A stretch of 64,000 nt of DNA from Methanobacteriota archaeon (GCA_963787255.1 CAWBCJ010000029.1:64001-128000); one strand, 5' to 3'. Counted from the first letter of the stretch, positions 1-15,675 are shown. Notes: generated from the sequence alone by a model not told the origin. Numbers and translations are program-made.

Positions 1-130
1 CGGTTTTACCATTTATTATAAGTTCATCTAGTTCCCCTAAAATCCTGGCATTGTTGGTTGCAACCTGATATCCTTTTATTTCGCTCCAGACTTTTTCTTC
101 CCCTTTTATGAGTTTTCTTTCTTCATTCAT
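1..130 (-). CDS. PRC-barrel domain protein (runs off window start)
   Basis: Manual translation MNEERKLIKGEEKVWSEIKGYQVATNNARILGELDELIINGKT; G-x-x-V...G-x-L-x-(D/E)-L-I-I PRC pattern; GGTGA RBS; overlaps the end of cobY. Confidence 0.7.
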   Translation of the reverse strand, partial: MNEERKLIKGEEKVWSEIKGYQVATNNARILGELDELIINGKT

Positions 131-717
131 CATCATCACCCACAAGCTTCTTAAGAAGCTTTATGTCTTCACAGGTATTTATGTTTAAGGCAAGTTCTAT
201 TTTTTCTATAATTAAAACTTCCTCATTTTGTGTCTTGTTAATACCTCTTAATATATTTAATCCCGATGGCACCAGATTATTAAACACTGAAGTGGGTTTT
301 AGGCCGTATTTTTGGAAAAGTTCGAAGTGGAACTAGAACACTCATGGCTGGCTTTTCAGACTTTTCATATTCATTTATAACCTCATCAATAATTTTACCG
401 TTAATAAGAGGTAAATCTGCAGTTATTGTTAGTAATATATCTGACTCACAGAAATGAGAGAGAATTAAACCAAGATCGTGCACATAGTCCTCACCTGGCG
501 TCATAAATGTTTTGATACCTATTTTTTTTAAAAATTTGTCAGTTTCAGGCGTGTTTTTGCTTGTGGCTACAATTATATCTTTATTTTTTTTAGAATCATT
601 TAGTGCATCAATTACATATTGAATCATTGGCTTATTATTTATCATTATAAGAGGCTTTTCACTCTTAAAATCCATTCTACTACCTTTTCCACCGGCCATT
701 ATTAAAGCTGTAACCAT
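123..717 (-). CDS. cobY: Adenosylcobinamide-phosphate guanylyltransferase (NTP transferase); one +1 indel near 325
   Basis: MAGGKGSRM..EKPL motif, ADLP; after the shift the frame continues ELFQKYGLKP..VPSGLNIL..LALNINT to TGA at 125-123. Confidence 0.8.
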
Positions 718-885
718 TTAATTGACTTCCCTAAAATTTAAAATTGTTCTATGCCCAATATAAAGTTATAAATGATTTATAACTACTAATTATGCCATAT
801 TACTATTACCAACTCATCATTACTAAATCTAAACTATTTTAGAGATTATTTTGTAATTTAAAGGTAGTAAATACTTAACACAAGG

Positions 886-893
886 TTTATATA
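886..893 (+). promoter_or_regulatory. Archaeal TATA box upstream of htpX
   Basis: AAGG-TTTATATA about 95 bp before the likely start codon. Confidence 0.55.
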
Positions 894-986
894 TCTAGTC
901 CCTCTAATATTCTTTGCTAAAAATGAATAATATTAGCAAAAAAAATGGAGAAAAATATTATAATTAAAATCAGTGGTGATAATCCG

Positions 987-1847
987 ATGCTTTCAAACAT
1001 TAAAACATTACTCTTATTCAGCGTTTTGACCTTTTTATTAATAGGTATAGGATATTTAATAGGTTCATTCTTTAAAGTAGGTCTTTTAGGGGCAGCAGTA
1101 TTCTTTTTAATTGCCGTTGCCATGAATTTCGTTTCATATTTCTATTCTGATAAAATTGTGCTTAAGTTATACAGAGCAAGGATTGTTTCTCCTGAAGAAG
1201 CCCCCGAACTTCATTCCATTGTGGATGATCTTACAATGAATGCTGGAATTCCCAAGCCAAAAATAGCAATTGTTGAAAGTAGTACTCCTAACGCTTTTGC
1301 AACAGGCAGAGGCCCTAAAAAGGCCGTAGTGGCCGTTACAACAGCTATACTTGGTTTATTAAATAGAGATGAACTGGAAGGAGTTTTAGCTCATGAACTT
1401 GGGCACGTTCAAAATAGAGATATTTTAATAGGTGCAATAGCAGCAACTATTGCAGGAGCAATATTTATTATTGCAGATTATGCAAGATTCTTTGCAATCT
1501 TTGGAGGTGGTGGAGACGATGACGGAGGATTAATTGGTATAATTGCAATGACCATACTTGCTCCAATAGCTGCCATGATGGTTCAACTTGCAATAAGCAG
1601 GTCTAGAGAATATAAAGCTGATGAAAGCGGTGCGCAAATTTCTGGAAACCCATTAGCGCTTGCTGACGCCCTTAGGAAACTTCAAATGGGCGTTAATACA
1701 AAGCCGATGGATGCTAATCCTGCTACAGCTCATATGTTTATAGTTAACCCATTTGGTGGGAAATCGAAGACATTTCTAAATCTATTTTCAACACATCCCC
1801 CAATGGACGAAAGAATAAGAAGATTAGAAGAATTAAGAAGTTTCTAA
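987..1847 (+). CDS. htpX: Zinc metalloprotease HtpX (M48)
   Basis: [26 protein letters not shown] motifs; GGTGAT RBS favours ATG 987 over 945. Confidence 0.93.
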   Translation: MLSNIKTLLLFSVLTFLLIGIGYLIGSFFKVGLLGAAVFFLIAVAMNFVSYFYSDKIVLKLYRARIVSPEEAPELHSIVDDLTMNAGIPKPKIAIVESSTPNAFATGRGPKKAVVAVTTAILGLLNRDELEGVLAHELGHVQNRDILIGAIAATIAGAIFIIADYARFFAIFGGGGDDDGGLIGIIAMTILAPIAAMMVQLAISRSREYKADESGAQISGNPLALADALRKLQMGVNTKPMDANPATAHMFIVNPFGGKSKTFLNLFSTHPPMDERIRRLEELRSF

Positions 1848-1908
1848 TTCTTTATTTATTTTTAGGAATTTTTAATTGATTTTTTTTAAAATAATTTTAA
1901 TATAGATA

Positions 1909-1930
1909 GATGGGGGGAATTCCCCCCCTC
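1909..1930. terminator. GC-rich palindrome between convergent genes
   Basis: GGGGGG-AATT-CCCCCC in an AT-rich gap between htpX and the DUF2795 gene. Confidence 0.55.
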
Positions 1931-1942
1931 ATATTGACTTAT

Positions 1943-2137
1943 TTAGTGGCTTTGGCCAAATCCTTTGGCAACATCCCTTGCTGTACGGAATTCCATGTCT
2001 GGAAGGTTTTCTATCTCCTGAATAACTTGTTGATCAGCTTTATTGCTTCTTGCCTGCTGAATTAAATCCTGTTTCTGTGCAGGGAATCGTATACCTTTAA
2101 TTGATTTTTCTAATGTTGCAGCACTCACTCTAGCCAT
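1943..2137 (-). CDS. DUF2795 family small protein
   Basis: KGIRFPAQKQDLIQQAR..A...LP...F.TARDV pattern; GAGGTGAT RBS. Confidence 0.8.
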   Translation of the reverse strand: MARVSAATLEKSIKGIRFPAQKQDLIQQARSNKADQQVIQEIENLPDMEFRTARDVAKGFGQSH

Positions 2138-2369
2138 AATATCACCTCGTTTTTTATTTCGCTATCTTAATGATAAGATAACATTAAATATGCCAGTAAA
2201 ATATATTCATTTAATTATAGAATTAACCAGATACCTTTTAAGTCGCCACCATATCTGTAGGTTATACTTTAGTAATTCATACTTTAAAAAATTTACTACA
2301 ATTTTAGAAAAAATTATTACATGCACGGATCAAATCATTAAAATACAGTTGAAATCAGGAGAATAAAAC

Positions 2370-2597
2370 ATGCCCTATAAAAATATAGAAGATTTACCAG
2401 AACGTGTACAAGATAATTTACCCAAACATGCACAAAAAATTTATTTAAAAGCATTTAACAGTGCATGGGATCAATATAAGGAACCTAACGAACGTAGAGA
2501 AAACGAATCAAGAGAAGCTACATCACATAAAGTTGCCTGGTCTGCAGTAGAACAAAAATATAAGAAAGACAAATCCGGAAATTGGGTAGAAAAATAA
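2370..2597 (+). CDS. chaB: ChaB family protein
   Basis: MPY...DLP..V...LP.HAQ.IY..AFNSAW..Y...A.KVAW.AV..KY.K...G.W signature. Confidence 0.9.
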   Translation: MPYKNIEDLPERVQDNLPKHAQKIYLKAFNSAWDQYKEPNERRENESREATSHKVAWSAVEQKYKKDKSGNWVEK

Positions 2598-2620
2598 TAG
2601 AAAAGGAATTATGAATTAAA

Positions 2621-4102
2621 TTACATTCCTTTTTGTTTTTGAAGCTTTCTTCTTTGCCCTAAAATACAAGGACCGCCTTGCCTACCTCCAATTGGAATAT
2701 GTGGTGTTCCAATTGAATTCATACATCTTGCCATTACAGCAGCACCCATTGCAAGAGCATCGGATACGAAAATTGTGTCTTTGTAACGGTCTTTTGAATA
2801 ATTAAGGACGAATTCAGGCTTCCTTCCGGTTATTCCTGCCCTACCAGTAACACCAAGCATGGAACCTTCCTCAATAACCCCTTCTTCAAATGCTTCTTCA
2901 CTTAATCTCTGCACAATTTTGGCGCTTACATGGTCAAGTGTTGCAAACAGAGTATGGATACCGCTTTCAACATTAATCTCATGACCAATATCTGTTAATT
3001 TAGGGATTTTATCCCCATTTTTACCTATATCGCACCCTATAAGAGTTGTTCCAGCATCATACGCTGCTTTAGGGTCTACCGGCACTGTTCCAAACCTATC
3101 CCTATTTTCTGGAACGCGCCCTATATCCAAATGTTCGTGAACCCTCAGAGCATACTCTTCTGCCATCTTCCAATCAGCTTTTTTAAGTATATCCCTAGTA
3201 TAAAGATCTAAAGCTGCTCCTCCACGTTTATCTACCTTTTCAGTTCCACGTATTATGGCATCAGAAACAGCACCTGCAAGCCCGCAGAAATTACCTATTG
3301 TTCTTGCATATGGTTCTGCACCGTTTGTTATTCTTCCAGCAAGAGTTGTTCCAAAGTCCATAGAAACGCAAGGGTTACGGAAATCAACATTAGTCCATTT
3401 AGAACCCACTTTAATACCTGCAGTTACAAGTTCTCCTTCCATTTCATTCGCTACAACTGCTCTTCCTGTTGGTGGGAGCACGCTTACTACTGCCCCGTCA
3501 AACATCACCTTATCCAGTAAAGAAAAATCTCTCAATTTTTCAGGAAGACTTTCTTTTGACATAGCAGGGGACATCTTCTTTGGAGGGATTCCAGCATCAA
3601 GACAGCCATCTGCAAGAGCAATTATAAGTTCTCCAACTTCCTTAGGTGATGCAAATCCTGCAGTAACTCCAGTGGAACGCACAACAAAATCAAGATCCTT
3701 TTCCATATCTATTTTCGAACGTTTTACTGATTCCAAAATTGTATCTCGAACCATTTCAGAAACAGATTCTTTTGTAAGTTCTACTTCCCAAACAGTTTCT
3801 CCAAAGACCTTTTCGCCTTTTTTCGGCGGCCTGATGTCTCTGGTCATCTTCACAGTCTTATCCAAGAGATAAGTTTTGCTGGTGTTTAAATTTGTGGCCG
3901 TAAGAATGCATTTTGTGGTTGTGTTTCCAAGTTCAACAGATGCAACAATATAATAAACATCTGGTCGGAGATTTTGTCCGTATCCCTGTCCCGCTGTTTT
4001 CTTTGTAAATGATGCCATTTTTGCATCTTCTATTGTAATATATCTGCTTTTTGCTATAACCGGCTTCGGACCCCTACTCAATATTTTCCCTAAAAATGAC
4101 AA
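2621..4102 (-). CDS. mmp14: Methanogenesis marker protein 14 (ASKHA/actin-like fold)
   Basis: SVELGNTTTK, ANEMEGEL, DFGTTLAG motifs; located just downstream of mtrH. Confidence 0.85.
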   Translation of the reverse strand: MSFLGKILSRGPKPVIAKSRYITIEDAKMASFTKKTAGQGYGQNLRPDVYYIVASVELGNTTTKCILTATNLNTSKTYLLDKTVKMTRDIRPPKKGEKVFGETVWEVELTKESVSEMVRDTILESVKRSKIDMEKDLDFVVRSTGVTAGFASPKEVGELIIALADGCLDAGIPPKKMSPAMSKESLPEKLRDFSLLDKVMFDGAVVSVLPPTGRAVVANEMEGELVTAGIKVGSKWTNVDFRNPCVSMDFGTTLAGRITNGAEPYARTIGNFCGLAGAVSDAIIRGTEKVDKRGGAALDLYTRDILKKADWKMAEEYALRVHEHLDIGRVPENRDRFGTVPVDPKAAYDAGTTLIGCDIGKNGDKIPKLTDIGHEINVESGIHTLFATLDHVSAKIVQRLSEEAFEEGVIEEGSMLGVTGRAGITGRKPEFVLNYSKDRYKDTIFVSDALAMGAAVMARCMNSIGTPHIPIGGRQGGPCILGQRRKLQKQKGM

Positions 4103-4312
4103 ATGAATACCCTCCAGATAAATAAATATTAATCTATTAAAATGGTTTTGTTAAAAGGGGATATAAATTTTGTGAAAAAAATATTTTTTTAATATTAAAA
4201 TTCTGAAAACATTTAAAATAAAATCAATATTGATTTACAAATTTAAGAAATTTGATTCGTAAGATAAATTATAACAAAAAATAGCATTACTTTTAAAAAA
4301 ATAAAGAAATTT

Positions 4313-4328
4313 AGGCGAAAAATCGCCT
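4313..4328 (-). terminator. Terminator hairpin after mtrH
   Basis: AGGCGA-AAAA-TCGCCT 10 nt after the mtrH stop, followed on the minus strand by T-rich tracts. Confidence 0.7.
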
Positions 4329-4338
4329 TTTTTTTTAC

Positions 4339-5561
<1,223 letters not shown>

Positions 5562-5574
5562 AATTTGTGCCCCC

Positions 5575-5772
5575 TTATTTCATTAGTACCCAGAGTATTG
5601 GAAGACCTACGAGTAGAAGTGCAAGTATAAAGCCCATTGCCATACCATATATTCTGGTGGCTATGAGACCTGCAAATAATCTCTGATCTCTTCCAATTAA
5701 ACCGGTTCTGTATTTAACATCTGCTGCTACTTTTCTTATTCCTCTAATATTAGGTTTATTTGATATTAACAT
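5575..5772 (-). CDS. mtrF: Mtr subunit F
   Basis: SNKPNIRGI...[16 protein letters not shown] plus one TM helix; operon position. Confidence 0.93.
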   Translation of the reverse strand: MLISNKPNIRGIRKVAADVKYRTGLIGRDQRLFAGLIATRIYGMAMGFILALLLVGLPILWVLMK

Positions 5773-5784
5773 TCAAAACCCCCG

Positions 5785-6501
<717 letters not shown>

Positions 6502-6513
6502 TTAATACACCTC

Positions 6514-6819
6514 CTACATAAATAGAGCAACCAGTAGAATTAGCCCTAATACAAATCCATACACCATATTGGTTAGTTTACCTGCACTCAAGTAAACACC
6601 TTCTCTTCCCGGGTAAGATCCTGGGGAAACTGTGGATGGATCAAGGCATGTGTATATATCTTCTACTGCAATCTCTAATTCGTCTAATTGATTATTTACT
6701 GTGTCCATGGACACTATTACGACATCTCTACCTAATGCGGCCCCTAACATCCCTGTAGAAGGGTCTAGAGTTAAGTTCATTTCAGGAACAACTTTTACTA
6801 ATGGTAACATTTCAGCCAT
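6514..6819 (-). CDS. mtrB: Mtr subunit B
   Basis: [13 protein letters not shown]; SYPGREG; TNMVYGF. Confidence 0.95.
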   Translation of the reverse strand: MAEMLPLVKVVPEMNLTLDPSTGMLGAALGRDVVIVSMDTVNNQLDELEIAVEDIYTCLDPSTVSPGSYPGREGVYLSAGKLTNMVYGFVLGLILLVALFM

Positions 6820-6831
6820 TTTAATTCCTCC

Positions 6832-7651
6832 TTAGTGCTCCTCTTCTTTAGGCCATAGACCAGACCATTTAACTGATGCTGCGTCTTTCTGCTGATGCTT
6901 TAAGGAATGATCTGAATTGATACAAACCATGCTAATGCACCAATTACAGCGATTAACCACCATGCACTGGATATTCCTATTGAAATAAGGCCTACAATTG
7001 CCATTGCCATGAATCCAGTGGATGCTGCCAGTTTAAGAGTTCTAACTTGATCTTCGTTTGGTCCTAAACATGCGTTGAATGGGTGTTGTATGGCCATTGT
7101 GTTCATGATGAACAGTAATGCTATGAATCCAGTATTAATTACTGTTAGTTGTATAACTGGCATTGCAATGCTTCCGGCTATAGCTGCTGAAAATCCGATT
7201 ACGGATAATGCTGCTGCACCTGATAATTCTGCTGTACACTGTACCAATACTGGTATTTTCATTTTAATTACTTTTTTACCAATAAGTGCAACTATTGCAC
7301 CTACTATCATAGCTATAATCAATCCCATTATAGGGCCTAAAATAGCTAGACCAGTTCCGAACACAAATGTTCCTGCAATTCCTGCTAATCCACCTACAAT
7401 ACCTATAGCAAGTGACATGTAACCTATGGAAGGTACACCTGTACCTAAACCGTAGCTTGCTACTCTTCTTATAGCGTCAGCACCCCATATTATGGCTGCG
7501 ACTGCTCCAAGAGCTGCAAATAGTGGTCCTAAAACTGGGCCTGCGAACGGTACTAAATATATACCTACAAGTCCGCCTATAACTCCAAGCGCTATCAGTA
7601 TATGGTTGCTGGTACGGCCACACCTGCGGGTCCTCCGCCTGCTGCTGACAT
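6832..7651 (-). CDS. mtrC: Mtr subunit C; indels near 7600 and 6900
   Basis: Starts MSAAGGGPAG; central AIQHPFNACLGPNEDQVRTL; ends DAASVKWSGLWPKEEEH*; pieces in different frames. Confidence 0.9.
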
Positions 7652-7652
7652 T

Positions 7653-8369
<717 letters not shown>

Positions 8370-8381
8370 TTTATTTCCTCC

Positions 8382-9269
8382 TTAATCTTCCAAGTATGGC
8401 CCGTATTTAGTTCTGGCAAATACTTCTATTCTGTTGTTGATGATTATCAATAGTATGAGTATTACTAGACCTGCAATGACTCCTCCTACTAATCCGAATA
8501 CTATTGTTATCCAGAAGCTTAGGAATACTATGAGTCCAAATGCAAAACCAGTAACCGGTCCACCGAATTTAGCACAGAAATAAACAACATCCATAGAGTT
8601 TCTTGGCCCGAGTTCTGAATTTCTGGTTATGTCACCGTGAATAGCAACTGGAATACCTCCACCAAATGGGTATTGTTGGTATTCTCTTTCTGCACCGTAG
8701 TGAACGTCTCCTGTTGATGAACCTATAGCACCGATTGTTATACCCCAAAGTACTGCAAGTAGCGGTAATGGGAACGGGTGACCTAATCCTTGGATTGGTA
8801 AAGTCATTAAGTACGATAATCCTACTATTGAAAATGTTACAATAAATCCGTGTCCTGTAATTGGTCCTAAGTGTTGTGTTATAACATCAAGGAACACTGG
8901 CTGGTTGAATTGTGATTGACTTACAATCCTACCTAAATGTGATGTTGTAGCGAATGCTGCATGAACCAAAGCAGCTACTGCTGCACCTGCAGCTATCGCC
9001 ATTATGACTGGTAGGTTTAATGATGCCATTAAAATAAATGCCACTGAACCTGCTATTCCTGCCCAAGTTCCCATCTGCACTGGTTCACCAGATATAGCTT
9101 TGTTAAACATTCTGTGAAGATTGCCCATCTGTGGGGCAAGTTGAACCTGAGAGTTAGGGTTACTCATGGATCCGACATCAGACTCTAAGTCCTCTGCGGC
9201 TCCAGCAATAGTTGCAGCGGCTCCCATAAGAGCAACAACGCCTAATCCTGTAATCATAGGGTCTACCAT
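8382..9269 (-). CDS. mtrE: Mtr subunit E (Na+-translocating)
   Basis: EDLESDVGS.SNPNSQVQLAPQMG; GSSTGDVHYGAER. Confidence 0.97.
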   Translation of the reverse strand: MVDPMITGLGVVALMGAAATIAGAAEDLESDVGSMSNPNSQVQLAPQMGNLHRMFNKAISGEPVQMGTWAGIAGSVAFILMASLNLPVIMAIAAGAAVAALVHAAFATTSHLGRIVSQSQFNQPVFLDVITQHLGPITGHGFIVTFSIVGLSYLMTLPIQGLGHPFPLPLLAVLWGITIGAIGSSTGDVHYGAEREYQQYPFGGGIPVAIHGDITRNSELGPRNSMDVVYFCAKFGGPVTGFAFGLIVFLSFWITIVFGLVGGVIAGLVILILLIIINNRIEVFARTKYGPYLED

Positions 9270-9303
9270 ATTCTTTTCCTCCTTATATTTAATAAAAAAA
9301 TAA

Positions 9304-9322
9304 AAATAGGTGTGTGTTACAC

Positions 9323-9328
<6 letters not shown>
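9304..9328 (-). terminator. Internal hairpin between mcrA and mtrE
   Basis: 10-bp inverted repeat AAATAGGTGT-N5-ACACCTATTT overlapping the mcrA stop, followed by T tracts on the minus strand. Confidence 0.7.
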
Positions 9329-10975
<1,647 letters not shown>

Positions 10976-10992
10976 ATTAATCAACCTCCTGA

Positions 10993-11742
10993 TTATTCAG
11001 GATAGAACCCACCTTGAGATCTAAGTACGTGTATCCTTTGACAGATTTCGACTGCGTCTTTGTCGTCTCTGTATGCTTCACCATCTTTTCTGTAAATGGT
11101 GGTTTTTGCTTTTAGGGTTTCTTCGTCGAGTGGTTCTCCTAAAGCTACTGGTTCGTCAAGTTCGTCACCAATCTGGTTTTTAACTGCTTCAACTACGCCA
11201 GTGTCTTTGTTTAGAACTAATCTTCTAAGCATATCGAACATCATACCGTCTTCGTCGAGTCTTAGGGAGTGTCCGTGAACTGTTTTTCCTCTTATACCTG
11301 ATCTTGCAGGGTCAAAGAATTCAGTTTCAAGGAGTTCTTTGGAGACTTTTTCTAGGTCTCTTTCTCTGGTTTCTATAATTTGTCTTCCGGAGAGAGTACC
11401 TGCGTCTGCTCCTCTGTATCTGCATAAGTATGCTCTTGACCTTACGAATGGATGAGCTGGAGCATTATACATTGAATCAGTAAACTGAATGTATCTTACT
11501 CTGTCACCAGCTTTTGCACCATCTAGTGGTTCGACGAGCTCTCTAATTGGGTCTTCTGGTTCATCCATTTCTTCGAGTGGTGGGTGAGCGCTTGGATATT
11601 CCTCACCAGGAGCTCTGTGTCCGAGTATGTTTACAACATCTTCGTCAGAGACTTCCCTTAGTTTTTCAAGTTCATATTCAGGGTCTTGGAAATTACTTCT
11701 ATTTTGGGCAACCTTACTTGTTCCAGGATAATATTTTGCCAT
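10993..11742 (-). CDS. mcrG: MCR gamma subunit
   Basis: [34 protein letters not shown]. Confidence 0.99.
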   Translation of the reverse strand: MAKYYPGTSKVAQNRSNFQDPEYELEKLREVSDEDVVNILGHRAPGEEYPSAHPPLEEMDEPEDPIRELVEPLDGAKAGDRVRYIQFTDSMYNAPAHPFVRSRAYLCRYRGADAGTLSGRQIIETRERDLEKVSKELLETEFFDPARSGIRGKTVHGHSLRLDEDGMMFDMLRRLVLNKDTGVVEAVKNQIGDELDEPVALGEPLDEETLKAKTTIYRKDGEAYRDDKDAVEICQRIHVLRSQGGFYPE

Positions 11743-11744
11743 TA

Positions 11745-12341
11745 TCATGCACCTCCTAGTGCTAACCTAACTTTCCTAATTATTTCATCCAACTTTTCTT
11801 GGGGGGCTGTTTCTCCTCTAATAACACCGCTTATTATGTCCACGATTTCACCTTTGGTTTTAGGCTCTTCGGGCATTACAGCTTTTGTTTTCACACCAAT
11901 TTTTGCAAAATCTTCAAAGTCAACGGGATATTCGCATATTACTACGCAAGGTTTTTTCACGTGTCTTAATATTAACCGTGCCTTGTATACGATGTGATGC
12001 TTCACACCGCCTAGATGTACCACTATCAATTTATGTAAGTTGATCTGCTCTGTTTCTTTAGGAGTAAGTCCCATAAGACTACCGCCTCCTGCTGATGGAG
12101 CATCATGTGGAACACCAGCTCCAGCATTTAACACTAGAGTACTTGTCATTATGTTCGCTTCCCGAAGTGCAAATGTTATTTCACAAACAGGTTTGGTTAT
12201 GTGTCTCCTTCCAGGAGACATTGCAATTGTTAATACATCGCTTCCACTTTGTGCAAATGTTCCTCTTTGGGCAATTCCTCCTCCTTCGCCCATACCCATT
12301 GTTTCTCTGCAATCGACAATGTGAGTTCCTTTGCCAATCAT
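11745..12341 (-). CDS. mcrC: MCR operon protein C (activation complex)
   Basis: [37 protein letters not shown]. Confidence 0.97.
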   Translation of the reverse strand: MIGKGTHIVDCRETMGMGEGGGIAQRGTFAQSGSDVLTIAMSPGRRHITKPVCEITFALREANIMTSTLVLNAGAGVPHDAPSAGGGSLMGLTPKETEQINLHKLIVVHLGGVKHHIVYKARLILRHVKKPCVVICEYPVDFEDFAKIGVKTKAVMPEEPKTKGEIVDIISGVIRGETAPQEKLDEIIRKVRLALGGA

Positions 12342-12781
12342 TCTTCTTTTTTCCTGTGGAGTATTTGTGCTCTTTCACTAAGCTTAGCGTTTTGATCGGT
12401 TAATCCTACAATTTCGTCAGGAATTTCTTCTAATTCCGCTCCGTATTTAATCTGGTCTGTAACTGTTTTTTGTTTTCTTATGAAGCGTCCCATATGGATA
12501 TTATATCCGAATGGTATGTTTTCTTCACATACTTCTCTTATGTTATCAACGACTTCTTCTGATTCAATTTCTATTAGAATTCTGCCAGGTTTAACTTGTA
12601 TTATTACTTCTTCGCCGTTTACAACTATTGTTCTGTGGTCTGGGTCTTCATCACTTACTGGAGAAAGTCTTGGTCCTTGTATAATAATTTTTTTAATACC
12701 GTCTACACCATCAAGATTGTTTAACACTCTTTCTGCGGTATCGATATTTAATAATCTGTGTGGAAATATCTCGATGTCCAT
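12338..12781 (-). CDS. mcrD: MCR operon protein D
   Basis: [14 protein letters not shown]; G.F.R...TVTD.IKYG; GLTD. Confidence 0.96.
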   Translation of the reverse strand: MDIEIFPHRLLNIDTAERVLNNLDGVDGIKKIIIQGPRLSPVSDEDPDHRTIVVNGEEVIIQVKPGRILIEIESEEVVDNIREVCEENIPFGYNIHMGRFIRKQKTVTDQIKYGAELEEIPDEIVGLTDQNAKLSERAQILHRKKEE

Positions 12782-12811
12782 TTACTGTTATGCCCCCAAA
12801 GTTAGGATTAC

Positions 12812-14137
12812 TTAAATACTGCTTTTGATATCGGCAGCTGCCTCGTTTACGTATTTTAATGGTTCTCTAAATTCAGGAACCTGACTGAACACGTCTTTAA
12901 TTAGTCCGGATGTTGCTTCTGGGGAGAACATCTGGGTACCTGCGTCGAGTGCCATTGCGGCTGCTACGCATGGTATAGCAAATCCTTTACTGTGTCTTGT
13001 AACGATGTGGTTACCGTTAAAGATACCGGGTCCACCTCCACCGTATATGGAGTGACTGAAGAAAGAGAATCCTACTGCTACACCTTCAGCTCTACCGAAG
13101 TCTACACCTGGTAGTCCTGTAGCGTATTCAAGAATATCGTTGTAGTATAGTAATGTTGAGGATACACCTTGAGCTGCTCTTGCAGCACCTTGGTTGACCA
13201 TTGTTGCTGCCATTTGTCCTGCTGCTGCGTATGCGTTCCATTTAGCTAAGTCGTCTGTTCCGTATACTTTGAAGTCACCTAATGTCTTTTCAACGCCTAT
13301 GACGCCGTCTTCTTCTGATTTTGCTACAGTATCAAGTATGACAGATCCTACGGTTCCTTCTTTACCATTGGCTTTTACGAGGTCGTAGACCATGTTATCT
13401 GCGTTCATTCCCTGGTAAGCTAAACCAAGTAAGTGCATTCTTTCAAATCTTCCTACTGCATCTCCCATTTCAAACATAGCTGTTTGTTCAAGGAGACTAG
13501 ATAGAGCTGCTGATTGCATTGTGTTTTTGAGGGTTGCTGCTACAACGTGGTTAACCATAATGTTTCTTAATGAGTAACCTGGACCTTCTAATTTCTGAGG
13601 TACGTCGAGCATGGTAGCTATGTTTCCACCTGCGTATTCAACGGTTTGTGGATATCTACCTAGAACTGCTGCTTTTACTACGTTTGCATCATACATGCTG
13701 ACGTCAAACTGGTTGATTATAGATTGGATGAATGCTGATGCAGTTACTAGTGATGTTGCTGAATATTCAGCTGCTGCGTCAAGTCTTGCTGTTGGTATTT
13801 GCACTAATACTCTCTTTCCACCTGCGAGAAGTTCGACCTTTGTGTCGTCACCTTCTTCTACAAGAATCATTTCTTTTGCTTCTTGTGCTATGGCTTCAGC
13901 ATTTCCGACTATGTCGAGATCCAATTCTCTTCCTAATATTTTTCCTCCAGCAACCTTTCCGGTTTTGAGAGCGTTCTCTACACCTTCAAGGTTTACTGCT
14001 ATTGTCCTCTTGATACCTTGCACGATACTCTTGATCGCTGGGTTTCTCAATGGACTTAGGGCTTCTAGTGGTACTTGTTCTTCAACAAGATTGCCTCTGT
14101 CGTCGTACAAGTCGATCTTATCTTCAAATCTTGCCAT
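12812..14137 (-). CDS. mcrB: MCR beta subunit
   Basis: [39 protein letters not shown]; AGGAGG RBS supports ATG 14137. Confidence 0.99.
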   Translation of the reverse strand: MARFEDKIDLYDDRGNLVEEQVPLEALSPLRNPAIKSIVQGIKRTIAVNLEGVENALKTGKVAGGKILGRELDLDIVGNAEAIAQEAKEMILVEEGDDTKVELLAGGKRVLVQIPTARLDAAAEYSATSLVTASAFIQSIINQFDVSMYDANVVKAAVLGRYPQTVEYAGGNIATMLDVPQKLEGPGYSLRNIMVNHVVAATLKNTMQSAALSSLLEQTAMFEMGDAVGRFERMHLLGLAYQGMNADNMVYDLVKANGKEGTVGSVILDTVAKSEEDGVIGVEKTLGDFKVYGTDDLAKWNAYAAAGQMAATMVNQGAARAAQGVSSTLLYYNDILEYATGLPGVDFGRAEGVAVGFSFFSHSIYGGGGPGIFNGNHIVTRHSKGFAIPCVAAAMALDAGTQMFSPEATSGLIKDVFSQVPEFREPLKYVNEAAADIKSSI

Positions 14138-14269
14138 TCTTTCCCTCCTGAGAAATTTTTGCATATCAATTTGTGGTACCAATCATCCTAACGAATTTGG
14201 CTTGACCAACATTCAATTATAAGGAATCCTTTTGAGTACATATTGATATACGAGACTTCATTTAGGGTC

Positions 14270-14320
14270 TATATATTATTAAACTTTCTTCTTGATTCAA
14301 TTAGAAAGATTTATAAGTCA
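14270..14320. promoter_or_regulatory. Back-to-back BRE/TATA promoters for mcrB (-) and mmp10 (+)
   Basis: Minus strand GAAAG-TTTAATAA (about 14288-14276); plus strand GAAAGA-TTTATAA (14304-14316). Confidence 0.6.
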
Positions 14321-14427
14321 TAATCAACCTATTCATTACTAATATAGATGATCAGTTTTTAATGCAGTAAATTCAATTATTCTTAAAAAATAGTTTATTT
14401 TATATTAGTTAAATACAAGTAGATACT

Positions 14428-15675
14428 ATGCAAATCATAGCAGATGTAGGCGGAATACCGGGTAAAGACTGTCGAGGCTTTTGTAAATATTGTTATTTTA
14501 GAAAAGTAAAGGGCACAACCGCTTTTGGATGCAGAAATTGTTCCTTAGGCAAGGTAGGGTGCGATAGCTGTTCATCAGGAGTTAGAGAAACTTTAAATGA
14601 ATTTCAACCCCCATTTTTAGTTGTAAGCTCGGTCCAGAGTACCCTTATGCTAGGAAACTACCGGGATGCTAATCTTAAAATAAATATAAGCGGTGGAGGA
14701 GACGTAAGTTGTTATCCAAACCTTATGGAGGTTGTATCCACATTTTCTGAATTTGGTCTTCCCATGCATCTGGGATATACCAGCGGTAAAGGTATAGATG
14801 ATGCTAAAATGGCTGAAGATCTTGTTTCAAAAGAAGTTAACGAAGTTACATTTACCACTTTTTCAACAAATCCTGAAGTTAGACGTGAATGGGTTAATGA
14901 TAAAACTCCAGAAGAATCTCTTAAAGCACTTCAGATCTTCTGTGAAACCGCAGAGGTGCATGCCGCTTCTGTAATCGTTCCCGGAGTGAATGATGGCGAA
15001 GATTTATTCCAAACATGCGCTACTTTAGAGGATTGGGGTGCTAAGGCATTTATACTAATGAGATTTGCAAATTTCCGTAATCAGGGTTTAATACTTGGAA
15101 ATGAACCCATACTTGAGGGTGTAAATCCACATAGCCTTGATGAATTTGAGGCACTAGTTAGAAAAATAAATGACGAATTCAACTTTAAAGTAACAGGAAC
15201 TCCCGTTTGCGATCCTGATAATGATACTCCTTTTGCAATCTCAAAGGACAAAAATAGTGAATATCTGGATATATTATCCAAAATAAATTCTGAAGCAACA
15301 ATATTAACCAGTAATATTGCAGCTCCTTATATTGAAAATATCATTGGGAAAATTGGAGCTGATGAACTCGTAAACGTTGTTGCAGTAGATCAAGACATAG
15401 GCTGCCTTATTACAAAAAAAGACCTGGAAGAAGTTGATTTCAGCCAGTTAAAAGAGACTGTACTTATCCCTGGTCGTGCTTTTGTACATGAAAAGATAGC
15501 TAACGAAGTTTTAAGCAGCGATGGTGTAGATAGACTTGTTGCTAGAGGTCCGGATAAACTATCTGTTGACGGTGAAATGAGTGGTACTTTAAGCCGTGAA
15601 GATGTTCTTAAAACGGAATTAATTGCTTTTGAAGATCTTATAGGTGCAATAAACTTCTTTGGAGTTAGAAAATAA
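14428..15675 (+). CDS. mmp10: Methanogenesis marker 10, radical SAM McrA-arginine methyltransferase
   Basis: DCRGFCKYC radical SAM motif, second CxxC..CxxC loop, C-terminal DUF512-like region; divergent from mcrB. Confidence 0.95.
   Translation: MQIIADVGGIPGKDCRGFCKYCYFRKVKGTTAFGCRNCSLGKVGCDSCSSGVRETLNEFQPPFLVVSSVQSTLMLGNYRDANLKINISGGGDVSCYPNLMEVVSTFSEFGLPMHLGYTSGKGIDDAKMAEDLVSKEVNEVTFTTFSTNPEVRREWVNDKTPEESLKALQIFCETAEVHAASVIVPGVNDGEDLFQTCATLEDWGAKAFILMRFANFRNQGLILGNEPILEGVNPHSLDEFEALVRKINDEFNFKVTGTPVCDPDNDTPFAISKDKNSEYLDILSKINSEATILTSNIAAPYIENIIGKIGADELVNVVAVDQDIGCLITKKDLEEVDFSQLKETVLIPGRAFVHEKIANEVLSSDGVDRLVARGPDKLSVDGEMSGTLSREDVLKTELIAFEDLIGAINFFGVRK

Noticed and set aside
2343-2355. ATACAGTTGAAAT resembling a Methanobacteriales mini-ORB
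   Set aside because: Single copy just before the chaB RBS; no cdc6/orc1 or ORB cluster nearby
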